Shown here piece after piece: positions 8,115 through 15,032 of a stretch of 64,000 bases of DNA; within the stretch, counting starts at the first letter, position 1, and every line of letters begins with the position of its first letter. A program made the translations under genes and the position numbers. The stretch lies in IMG/VR virus record IMGVR_UViG_3300021399_003599; one strand, 5' to 3'. This DNA is from a virus (lineage: Duplodnaviria; Caudoviricetes). The notes below the pieces were generated by a model. The model was given only the letters and a program-made list of their open reading frames with translations, searched no databases and was not told the origin of the DNA.

Positions 8115-8340
8115 TTAGTAAGGAAAATAAACCGGTTAATTATTTTAAAACGCTAACCGGAAAACGTTCAGTTAACTACTTAATTAAGGTCCCATTGCAA
8201 TCTCCTATTTTAGTGCTTTCACCAAAACGAAAATCCAAGCAATGGCATCACTCCTCTCTGAATTGAAGATTTCATCTGAAAATCTAGATCAGAACAATGG
8301 AATCACTACCTTTCTATTAATAGTAGTTTAACGAAGATAT

Positions 8341-8493
8341 TTAGTAAGTACTCTGGATCATCTGCTCTTCTGACTGAATCTCTTCTGCATAGAATTGATC
8401 CCAGAGATCATCTAGCTGAGGGGTGGAAAAGTCATCTAGATCATAGTCATTCCACTCTGCCCACTCCAGGAACAAAATCTCCTCGTCGGTCAT
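8341..8493 (-). CDS. hyper-acidic aromatic micro-protein (50 aa)
   Basis: MTDEEILFLEWAEWNDYDLDDFSTPQLDDLWDQFYAEEIQSEEQMIQSTY; GGGGAGG SD; own promoter. Confidence 0.7.
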   Translation of the reverse strand: MTDEEILFLEWAEWNDYDLDDFSTPQLDDLWDQFYAEEIQSEEQMIQSTY

Positions 8494-8527
8494 TTTTCTT
8501 CCTCCCCTCAACCTTTATTACAAATAA

Positions 8528-8556
8528 ATTATATCATAAAATTTTTTATTTGTCAA
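8528..8556 (-). promoter_or_regulatory. sigma70-type promoter
   Basis: TTGACA-17-TATAAT. Confidence 0.8.
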
Positions 8557-8564
8557 ATAATTTT

Positions 8565-9587
8565 TTAGGCTGGGACCCATAAATTATAACTGTTCTCTTT
8601 GCGGACAGCGACATAACGATATTGTCCGCTTGAGGCGCCGACATATCGACCCCAGATGAAACCGTCTGCAACTGCGGACCACCCATCAAGAACAACTCTT
8701 TGATTTGCACGATACACCGCAACAACTCCAGCGTTTAGATTAGGAGCCTTTCTTACGTTAACCGCATTAGCGACACAGCGATAGGTGCCCGCAATCAGCC
8801 GCGGAGCTTCCTGCGCATTAACAAGTTCATTTACTTTCGCCTGAACGGCTTCGTAATTTTCTCCAAGGTTTTGTCTCCGCTCAGCGCCATTACCAAACTC
8901 GCCATTAAGCACACGTCGAGCGAGATCATCAATATCAACGGAATTCTCTTCTTTCTTTTCTCTTGGGACTACACTTAATCCATTCTTACCTGCTTGACGG
9001 ATGATTGTAGGATAATCTACATAGCAAATGTTTGCGTCAAGCCCCCAGTCATCTCCATATTGCCATATCGCGCAATCAAGGGAAGGCTGGCTTACACCAT
9101 AATGCGCAAGCCACAGATCGTATTTACCAAGTTGACTGTTGTCAAAATGGTTATTAATATAATCTGGGTTTGCATAATTAGCTACATACCATCCATGACT
9201 TTCAACAACTTCGCAGAAAGTTTTTACAATAGCAGTGTTTCTTTTTACTGTTGGAGCTACTCCATTCTTTTTCATATAATCTTCAGAATCATATTCAAAA
9301 TCCGCAAACACTGGGTAGGTAAGTTTACCTTTATATGGCTCCAAAAGCTCACAGAACATCTCTGCGTTTTTGCGGGCCCCTGCTTCATCTAAAGCATAAA
9401 TAAACCAATAGGCTCCAACGTCTAGTCCCTTGGCTAGCGCGTTTTCTACGTTAGCTTTATAATGATAGTCTGCGCGCTTAGCGCCAAACCCAAATCTAAC
9501 AATAGAAAATTTCACACCTTGAGAAATTAAATAATCATAATCAACTTCTCCATTATGCTCGCTTACGTCAACACCTTTAATACTCAA
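8565..9587 (-). CDS. endolysin: GH25 muramidase + Cpl-7 repeat + SH3b-like domain
   Basis: GVDVSEHNG, DFE, LWLAHY, IWQY; DDLARRVLNGEFGNGAERRQNLG; VNVRKAPN. Confidence 0.92.
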   Translation of the reverse strand: MSIKGVDVSEHNGEVDYDYLISQGVKFSIVRFGFGAKRADYHYKANVENALAKGLDVGAYWFIYALDEAGARKNAEMFCELLEPYKGKLTYPVFADFEYDSEDYMKKNGVAPTVKRNTAIVKTFCEVVESHGWYVANYANPDYINNHFDNSQLGKYDLWLAHYGVSQPSLDCAIWQYGDDWGLDANICYVDYPTIIRQAGKNGLSVVPREKKEENSVDIDDLARRVLNGEFGNGAERRQNLGENYEAVQAKVNELVNAQEAPRLIAGTYRCVANAVNVRKAPNLNAGVVAVYRANQRVVLDGWSAVADGFIWGRYVGASSGQYRYVAVRKENSYNLWVPA

Positions 9588-9589
9588 TG

Positions 9590-9883
9590 TTATTCCTCCT
9601 TAGCGCTATAAGGTTCAACATATCCCATTGCGCGCTCAGAATCTTTCACCCCTGCCGTTGTGGGATCAACTGTAACACCTAATGCACCAAGAAGAGCCAC
9701 AATAACAACTCCGATTAAATATGGATTAGAAATGAAATTTGAGAAAATTTCTCCTAGACTTTCCCAAGTTGTTAAATCTTCATATGTTAATCCAAAATAG
9801 GTTAAAACAGGTGAAAGAATAACGCTGAGAACGCCAAGCCACCAAGTAGGTTGTTGTAACCTTAATTTCCAATTAATGTTCAT
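9590..9883 (-). CDS. holin (phi LC3 family)
   Basis: INWKLRL...GVTVDPTTAGVKDS; adjacent to lysin. Confidence 0.88.
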   Translation of the reverse strand: MNINWKLRLQQPTWWLGVLSVILSPVLTYFGLTYEDLTTWESLGEIFSNFISNPYLIGVVIVALLGALGVTVDPTTAGVKDSERAMGYVEPYSAKEE

Positions 9884-9925
9884 ATTACCATCCTCTTCTC
9901 TTTTCAAGGTACAAAGAATTTAGAA

Positions 9926-10120
9926 TTAATAAAGCTCAGCAAACTTCTCTAGCTGATTCGCATAAATCGTGTAGGAAGGAGTTTCCTCCTCAGCGACTCG
10001 AATAATATAGCACTCATTTCCAAATAGATCGACAAAGGTATCATCAATCTGATAAATAGCCTTGGACGAGAAGAAATGATTGGGCGCAAGCCGCACATAA
10101 TCATTAACCTTGAACTTCAT
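9926..10120 (-). CDS. small SH3-fold-like hypothetical protein
   Basis: MKFKVNDYVR start; GGAGG SD; promoter 10150-10179. Confidence 0.65.
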   Translation of the reverse strand: MKFKVNDYVRLAPNHFFSSKAIYQIDDTFVDLFGNECYIIRVAEEETPSYTIYANQLEKFAELY

Positions 10121-10149
10121 TTTTCCTCCTTCTTTAACCTTACAAACAT

Positions 10150-10179
10150 ATTATATCATAAAAATATAACGCCCGTCAA
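10150..10179 (-). promoter_or_regulatory. sigma70-type promoter
   Basis: TTGACG-18-TATAAT. Confidence 0.7.
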
Positions 10180-10226
10180 TAGGAAAATATTCCTTATATA
10201 TATAATTTTTATTTAACTATTTTAAC

Positions 10227-10263
10227 AAAAAAAGGTCCAATAGCTTGTGCTATTGGACCTTTT
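10227..10263 (-). terminator. intrinsic terminator ending the tRNA operon
   Basis: AAAAGGTCCAATAGC-ACAA-GCTATTGGACCTTTTTTT. Confidence 0.8.
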
Positions 10264-10275
10264 GGACTTAAAAAA

Positions 10276-10470
10276 AGGTAGCATATTTCCACTTTCGTGA
10301 GGTATATACTAGACCCACTCATGAGCTTGCCTTGTTTTTCTTTTACATCTAGAAAACATGGCTTCAAAAGACTGTCCAGACTATCCTTGGTTGCCGTCTC
10401 GCCGCAGCCGTGCATCTCTGTAGAACGTATCACCAGGCGCTTGTTGTTTTACGTGTACAAGAAAACACAA
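10276..10470 (-). ncRNA. candidate ncRNA co-transcribed after tRNA-Pro
   Basis: about 195 nt non-coding with hairpins, ending in a T tract before the terminator. Confidence 0.35.
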
Positions 10471-10546
10471 TGGTCTAGCTACGTGGACTTGAACCACGAA
10501 CCCCTCGCTCCCAGGGCGAGCGCGCTACCGATTGCGCTACAGCTAG
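10471..10546 (-). tRNA. tRNA-Pro(TGG), C33 variant
   Basis: cloverleaf; loop CC-TGG-GA; CCA. Confidence 0.85.
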
Positions 10547-10550
10547 AAAA

Positions 10551-10626
10551 TGGCAGCCCGTGCCGGGAACGATCCGGCATTTCCACCTTGAGAGGGTGAC
10601 GTCCTGTCCGATTAGACGAACGGGCC
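10551..10626 (-). tRNA. tRNA-Glu(CTC)
   Basis: loop CT-CTC-AA; T loop ATCGTTC; CCA. Confidence 0.88.
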
Positions 10627-10633
10627 TTAAAGC

Positions 10634-10708
10634 TGGAGCGGACGACGGGACTCGAACCCGCAACACATAGCTTGGAAGGCTATAACTCTACCATTGAGCT
10701 ACGTCCGC
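10634..10708 (-). tRNA. tRNA-Gly(TCC)
   Basis: canonical cloverleaf; CCA. Confidence 0.93.
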
Positions 10709-10710
10709 AT

Positions 10711-10802
10711 TGGTGGGTGCCGAGGGATTTGAACCCCCAATGTTTACCCTGTGGGAACGGGTTTACAGCCCGTCGCAGAACCGCCATCTCTGCAGGACAC
10801 CC
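10711..10802 (-). tRNA. tRNA-Tyr(GTA)
   Basis: loop CT-GTA-AA; long variable arm; CCA. Confidence 0.88.
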
Positions 10803-10807
10803 GTGTA

Positions 10808-10883
10808 TGGTAGCTGCAATTGGAATCGAACCAATGACACAGGGCTTTTCAGGCCCTTGCTCTACCTTCTGAGCTACACAGCT
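10808..10883 (-). tRNA. tRNA-Phe(GAA)
   Basis: loop CT-GAA-AA; CCA. Confidence 0.9.
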
Positions 10884-10884
10884 A

Positions 10885-10955
10885 TGATAGGCTCTGAATG
10901 ACTCGAACATTCATCTGCGGTTTGAGCGCCGATCTATCCATTGAACCAAGAGCCT
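10885..10955 (-). tRNA. degenerate tRNA-like gene with 3-bp anticodon stem (loop CTCAAAC), ends TCA
   Basis: perfect acceptor AGGCTCT/AGAGCCT and T arm GAATG-TTCGAGT-CATTC; shortened anticodon arm. Confidence 0.6.
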
Positions 10956-10958
10956 ATG

Positions 10959-11033
10959 TGGAGAACGGTGCTGGAATCGAACCAGCTTAAACGGCTTTGC
11001 AGGCCGTTGCATAAGCCAGTCTGCCAACCGCTC
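10959..11033 (-). tRNA. tRNA-Cys(GCA)
   Basis: loop CT-GCA-AA; U73; CCA. Confidence 0.9.
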
Positions 11034-11034
11034 A

Positions 11035-11112
11035 TGGTACGGCATGTAGGACTCGAACCTACGACAACACAGATTAGAAGTCTGTTGCTCTATCCTTCTG
11101 AGCTAATGCCGC
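11035..11112 (-). tRNA. tRNA-Arg(TCT)
   Basis: loop CT-TCT-AA; CCA. Confidence 0.92.
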
Positions 11113-11113
11113 G

Positions 11114-11225
11114 CTAGTTGTGATACTCTGTCCTTCTACCGGTATATCACACGTCCTTCCCTGCATATTTCCATGTATTCAGATGCCTTTCTGCTTATGG
11201 CATGGAAGGATCCCCTTCTAACTAG
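11114..11225 (-). ncRNA. candidate 112-nt multibranch ncRNA inside the tRNA array
   Basis: closing stem CTAGTT/AACTAG; TCCTTCC/GGAAGGA; ATGCC/GGCAT; GTGATAT/GTATCAC. Confidence 0.55.
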
Positions 11226-11230
11226 TTAGT

Positions 11231-11305
11231 TGGTTGCCCGTCTGAGACTCGAACTCAGATCTAACGATTATAAGTCGTTTGCCCTAACCTCTGTGCTAAC
11301 GGGCA
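11231..11305 (-). tRNA. tRNA-Ile(TAT)
   Basis: loop CT-TAT-AA; A73; CCA. Confidence 0.88.
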
Positions 11306-11306
11306 A

Positions 11307-11380
11307 TGGCTTCTTCTCCAGGATTCGAACCTGGACTAGCAGAACCAAAATCTGCTGTGCTACCGTTACACCAAGAAGAA
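11307..11380 (-). tRNA. tRNA-Gln(TTG)
   Basis: loop TT-TTG-GT; G73; CCA. Confidence 0.9.
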
Positions 11381-11381
11381 A

Positions 11382-11471
11382 TTAATCGGTGATCGCGCAC
11401 CAATCATAAAAGAAATAATCATCAAGCTCTGCTGCCCAATAGTCAAACCACTGATCTTCATTCTGGAACAT
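11382..11471 (-). CDS. hyper-acidic aromatic micro-protein (29 aa)
   Basis: MFQNEDQWFDYWAAELDDYFFYDWCAITD; AAAGGAGG SD; own promoter. Confidence 0.7.
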   Translation of the reverse strand: MFQNEDQWFDYWAAELDDYFFYDWCAITD

Positions 11472-11507
11472 AGATCCTCCTTTGACTTTCTTACTTTTTA
11501 TAATTAT

Positions 11508-11536
11508 ATTATAATATAAAAAAGCTTATCTGTCAA
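11508..11536 (-). promoter_or_regulatory. sigma70-type promoter for micro-protein and tRNA operon
   Basis: TTGACA-17-TATAAT. Confidence 0.75.
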
Positions 11537-12278
11537 GAAGAAGATAATGATCTATAACCGAAGCGTTTGTGTCTATAATAAATTGATTAATCTTTTCATA
11601 ATTAGGTGTTTGCGGCAACTTGCTAAAAATCTCTGCCTTTAAGAGACTTTCAGTTTCACGATGTTCAAGCTTATACCATTCAGGATCAATTTCAATTTGT
11701 AATCCCGCTCGTTTCACGAAACAACCATGTTTAATGTCTTTTAACTCTTCTGCATCAATATTAGTTCTATCAGTAAGAATCTCTCCTGTTAAAAGAGCTT
11801 CGGCTCCCATGCGGCAAGTGCGGCAAAAGTGATATTGACATTTGCTAATCTTTTCTGGGGTAACGCCAATTTGATTATGGATCATTTTATCAAGTCTTCT
11901 TTGTTCAGAAGTAGCAAAGCCAAAAAAAGTTGTAGCTATTTTTTTACTAATGAAATCTGCTTGATTCTCTTGGATCTTTTTTCCAACAACGCCCAGCTCT
12001 GCGTCTCGATGGATACCAAAAAACTCAATGATATTCGGGTTAGCCTCAGCTAACATCGCAACAAATTTATCAAAACTATAAAAACAAATATCTCCAGCGG
12101 ACATTCTCTTAGATTCAAAATCTTTAGATAGTAAAATATCTTCTGCAGATCTTACGATAAAACCTCTAATATCAATATCGGAATTTTCATCTGCGGTACC
12201 ATAAGCATGAGATCCCGCAAGATAAACACTATCACAACCTGTTGGACTAAATTGATCAAAGTAATTTTTGAATGACAT
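11526..12278 (-). CDS. RlaP-like (DNA pol beta superfamily) nucleotidyltransferase
   Basis: GSHAYGTADENSDIDIRG and ANPNIIE motifs; start MSFKN at 12278 with GGAG SD. Confidence 0.85.
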   Translation of the reverse strand: MSFKNYFDQFSPTGCDSVYLAGSHAYGTADENSDIDIRGFIVRSAEDILLSKDFESKRMSAGDICFYSFDKFVAMLAEANPNIIEFFGIHRDAELGVVGKKIQENQADFISKKIATTFFGFATSEQRRLDKMIHNQIGVTPEKISKCQYHFCRTCRMGAEALLTGEILTDRTNIDAEELKDIKHGCFVKRAGLQIEIDPEWYKLEHRETESLLKAEIFSKLPQTPNYEKINQFIIDTNASVIDHYLLLDR

Positions 12279-12295
12279 TTTTTCTCCATTAAAAA

Positions 12296-12559
12296 GTGAC
12301 TGAGGAGTTCCGCACGCTCCTCGCAAACCTGATGTTTATTTCTTCGTGCGGTGACACAGGCTTACCGCTTATAGCTCGTGCGCGCTATAGAAGAAGGACT
12401 TCCCTCTTGACAACGTGTAGGCAGGTGCCCCTCTAACCCTAACCTACGGAGGACCGGCGCCCTATTCTCGCCAGCCCACTCCCACAAGTATTCTTCCTCA
12501 TTAAACTAACCGCCCACGGAGGACAGTAAGGGACTCGAACCCTTATCCTTGTTTATAAA
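12296..12559 (-). ncRNA. circularly permuted tRNA-like domain fused to a structured 3' domain
   Basis: order: loop TTTATAA, ACAAG, T arm, acceptor hairpin ACTGTCC/GGGCGGT, D arm, CTTGT, then at least five hairpins. Confidence 0.65.
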
Positions 12560-12561
12560 CC

Positions 12562-12638
12562 TGGTGCGCTGTCTGGGATTCGAACCCAGGCTCTCTCGAT
12601 TAAGAGTCGATTGCTTTAACCAGCTAAGCTAACAGCGC
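12562..12638 (-). tRNA. tRNA-Lys(CTT)
   Basis: loop CT-CTT-AA; CCA. Confidence 0.92.
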
Positions 12639-12639
12639 A

Positions 12640-12715
12640 TGGTGCGTCCTGAGGGACTTGAACCCTCGCTCTTTGGATTAAAAGTCCACTGCTTTTCCAA
12701 CTAAGCTAAGGACAC
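12640..12715 (-). tRNA. tRNA-Lys(TTT)
   Basis: loop CT-TTT-AA; CCA. Confidence 0.92.
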
Positions 12716-12721
12716 AAAAAA

Positions 12722-12796
12722 TGGTCGCCCAGACGGGACTTGAACCCGTAATGTCTAGCTTATGGGGCTAGTGAGTTACCCTTACTCTACTGGGCA
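12722..12796 (-). tRNA. tRNA with CAT anticodon (Met-type), C33 variant
   Basis: loop CC-CAT-AA; U1.G72; CCA. Confidence 0.82.
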
Positions 12797-12800
12797 ATAA

Positions 12801-12878
12801 TGGTGGCGGAGGTCGGACTCGAACCGACATTAATCCTAGTTTATGAGACTAGTGAGTAGCCAATTACTCTACTCCGCA
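12801..12878 (-). tRNA. tRNA-Met(CAT), initiator-like 1:72 mismatch
   Basis: loop CT-CAT-AA; U1/C72 mismatch; CCA. Confidence 0.85.
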
Positions 12879-12883
12879 ATAAC

Positions 12884-12969
12884 TGGTGGGAGAGGTGAGA
12901 CTCGAACTCACACAACTAAAAGTTACTTGCTCCTTAGGCAAGCGCGCCTGCCAATTACGCCACACTCCC
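12884..12969 (-). tRNA. tRNA-Leu(AAG)
   Basis: loop CT-AAG-GA; long variable arm; A73; CCA. Confidence 0.9.
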
Positions 12970-12973
12970 GAGA

Positions 12974-13048
12974 TGGCTCTCCGAGTAGGGCTCGAACCTA
13001 CAACCCTGCGGTTAACAGCCGCATGCTCCACCATTGAGCTATCGGAGA
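12974..13048 (-). tRNA. tRNA-Asn(GTT)
   Basis: loop CT-GTT-AA; CCA. Confidence 0.93.
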
Positions 13049-13049
13049 A

Positions 13050-13134
13050 TGGTGCCCCCACCCGGACTCGAACCGGGACACCTTTCGGTAGCAGATTTTG
13101 AGTCTGCCGCGCCTGCCAATTACGCCATGGGGGC
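13050..13134 (-). tRNA. tRNA-Leu(CAA)
   Basis: loop CT-CAA-AA; long variable arm; CCA. Confidence 0.93.
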
Positions 13135-13150
13135 TTAATTTCTAAAATAT

Positions 13151-13179
13151 ATTATATCTTAAAAATTAAGTTTTGTCAA
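13151..13179 (-). promoter_or_regulatory. sigma70-type promoter for tRNA operon
   Basis: TTGACA-17-TATAAT. Confidence 0.8.
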
Positions 13180-13195
13180 TAAGAAACTTTGAAGC

Positions 13196-13270
13196 TGGAG
13201 CTTCGTGGCGGTGCTGCCCCGCCGTCTGAGGTTTACAAGACCACTGTAATAGCTGTTATACTAACGAAGC
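13196..13270 (-). tRNA. tRNA-Thr(TGT) with non-canonical D and T loops
   Basis: loop CT-TGT-AA; T loop GGCAGCA; D loop lacks GG; CCA. Confidence 0.8.
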
Positions 13271-13293
13271 TTCCTTGACTTAACTTAAAAAAT

Positions 13294-13322
13294 ATTATAC
13301 TCTATTTTTCTTGTTTTGTCAA
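13294..13322 (-). promoter_or_regulatory. sigma70-type promoter
   Basis: TTGACA-17-TATAAT. Confidence 0.75.
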
Positions 13323-13333
13323 GTTTTTTCTTT

Positions 13334-14776
13334 TTAACAGTACTTGTAGTTTGTATTGATATACTCTACAATACTGGTGTCGCTTGACTCCAATAGGTGA
13401 ATAAGATTGAAAATCTTCTCACTCAATGAAGTCAAAAGATGAACATTGGGGTTCTTAGGATTTGCTACCTGCGTATGATAATTACCTAGATCAAAGCTAT
13501 AACACTTACAATCACGATTATACTTCTTAGTATAACTATCAAAGCTGACAACTCCTCCACCCCAAGTATCCATAACCTGCATGTCGCTAACAATGAACAG
13601 TCGGTCATAGCGCTTCTTTAGCTGCTGAAAGGCTCCTCCAATTTCAGTCCCATAACCGAGACCGTCATTCTCGCACATATGATCAATGATTGAAAAAATA
13701 TTAACAAGCGGGTTATATCTATAAGTTTGAGCGTGAGTTCCAAACTTAACAAAAGTCAAATTTGGATTCTTAATATAAAGCATTGCCGCAAATACCGCTC
13801 CTACTTCCTTAATAGTGATGTTGCTTTTGGCGCTAATAAGATGTTCCATCGATCCAGAAACGTCCAAGAGAATAGCGGTATTACCTTCAAGAGAAGGAAC
13901 ATTCTGACAAGCAATTCGGAACGCCTTCTCCAGTGAATTCTGAACAACAGAAACACCAGGAGCATTTCGATATGCCTGATAAATTTGATAGGGGAAAACA
14001 AGCGACTTTAGAATGGCGGCTTCATTCTCAATCTGCGGGCACAGCCAATCCGTGATCCATTCAAAATTAATATTACCACAATTAAGAATGTTACGCAGAT
14101 TGCGGATAAGCGCTAGATAACCAAGCTTATGCTCTTCTACAAGACGCTTCCACTCTGCATCCTTCTCCTCAGGAGCAGCAGTTGAGATAGCAACCTCCCA
14201 AGTATCAGCCTTGGGTAGCGCATCATGCTTATAGGCGTTAATTGCGGGCGACGTAACGTGGGTAAGATTAATCAGATCATACATATTATACTGCTTACCA
14301 TTCATCTTATACTTTCCAAGAGAATGGATATTGAGAGTAGACAGATAATCTCCCGCTCCGCGCACAAGTGCGTGAGAGCGCTTACCGTTACCCATATTTT
14401 CAATAATTGAAAACACTTCTGCTACATCGTCTGGACGATGGAAGAAATTGCTAAAGTACATCCGCTTATTTTCGAACTGAACACTGTTAAGCATCGCGGC
14501 AGTGACCTGAGCGATTGACCGCATACCGAGCTCATTGCGGGCAAAGAAGCTGGCTCGTGCAACAAACTCCCAACCACACTCTTGGGCTACTTGCTCAGTA
14601 AGCTCGATATATCGGGCTAGCTGCTTGTCTGAAGTCTCATAGAATCGATCTTCAATATAGGAACTAAAAAGGAAATTAAGCCACTCACTAACAGGAGACT
14701 TAACATAATTAAGTCCACCTTCATAGCTATACTCTCGAGTAGCTTCGGCAATCTGCTTGGAATTAAACTTTGACAT
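13334..14776 (-). CDS. Ro60/TROVE-domain RNA-binding protein with vWA domain
   Basis: YEGG, FARNELGMRS, LGYLALIRNLRNI, SLVFPYQIYQAY; MIDAS LDVSGSM and IVSDMQ. Confidence 0.93.
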   Translation of the reverse strand: MSKFNSKQIAEATREYSYEGGLNYVKSPVSEWLNFLFSSYIEDRFYETSDKQLARYIELTEQVAQECGWEFVARASFFARNELGMRSIAQVTAAMLNSVQFENKRMYFSNFFHRPDDVAEVFSIIENMGNGKRSHALVRGAGDYLSTLNIHSLGKYKMNGKQYNMYDLINLTHVTSPAINAYKHDALPKADTWEVAISTAAPEEKDAEWKRLVEEHKLGYLALIRNLRNILNCGNINFEWITDWLCPQIENEAAILKSLVFPYQIYQAYRNAPGVSVVQNSLEKAFRIACQNVPSLEGNTAILLDVSGSMEHLISAKSNITIKEVGAVFAAMLYIKNPNLTFVKFGTHAQTYRYNPLVNIFSIIDHMCENDGLGYGTEIGGAFQQLKKRYDRLFIVSDMQVMDTWGGGVVSFDSYTKKYNRDCKCYSFDLGNYHTQVANPKNPNVHLLTSLSEKIFNLIHLLESSDTSIVEYINTNYKYC

Positions 14777-14791
14777 ATTATTTACTCCTTA

Positions 14792-14812
14792 CTATCACGT
14801 ATACAACGGACA
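14792..14812 (-). promoter_or_regulatory. leader hairpin mimicking the Y-RNA bulged helix next to the ro60 SD
   Basis: TGTC-CGT-TGTAT-ACG-T-GATAG immediately before T-AAGGAG. Confidence 0.6.
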
Positions 14813-14816
14813 AAAA

Positions 14817-14905
14817 AAGTGCGGATATTCTTTGTTTAGTTTATTTGTTCCTAAGATAAATTCCTATGTTTATTTTAGAAGTAACTAAACAACTATCACG
14901 CACTT
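14817..14905 (-). ncRNA. Y-RNA-like ncRNA copy 2
   Basis: AAGTGCG-T-GATA-G-TTGTTTAGT-TACTTC...ACTAAACAA-AGAA-TATC-CGCACTT. Confidence 0.8.
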
Positions 14906-14916
14906 AACACAAAATA

Positions 14917-15019
14917 TCGTGGAAATGCTTTAATTGGTTTGATTTGATTTAAAGGGTCTTGCTCTTTTTAAAGTAATATTTCCATAAAATATTGAAGTAA
15001 CCAATTAACTATCACACGA
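14917..15019 (-). ncRNA. Y-RNA-like ncRNA copy 3
   Basis: TCGTG-T-GATA-G-TTAATTGGT-TACTTC...ACCAATTAA-AGCA-TTTC-CACGA. Confidence 0.8.
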
Positions 15020-15032
15020 AGACTAACCACTT

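Noticed and set aside
10276-10330. Hammerhead-like CUCAUGA...GAAA
   Set aside because: Core has C at a conserved G position and stem I cannot form
12390-12410. GAGGGAAGTCC (minus strand) resembling the RNase P RNA P4 motif
   Set aside because: No complementary 3' P4 strand (ACANAA...GGCUUA) downstream, and the overall layout does not fit RNase P
12296-12559. Two-piece tmRNA
   Set aside because: G3.U70 and permutation fit, but it has a D stem, U73, CCG instead of CCA and no recognisable resume motif or tag; left as unknown ncRNA
10209-13101. Track ORFs overlapping the tRNA array (10209, 10297, 10475, 10672, 10680, 10710, 12843, 12864, 12886; also 8018)
   Set aside because: Shadow frames over clear tRNA genes or their spacers
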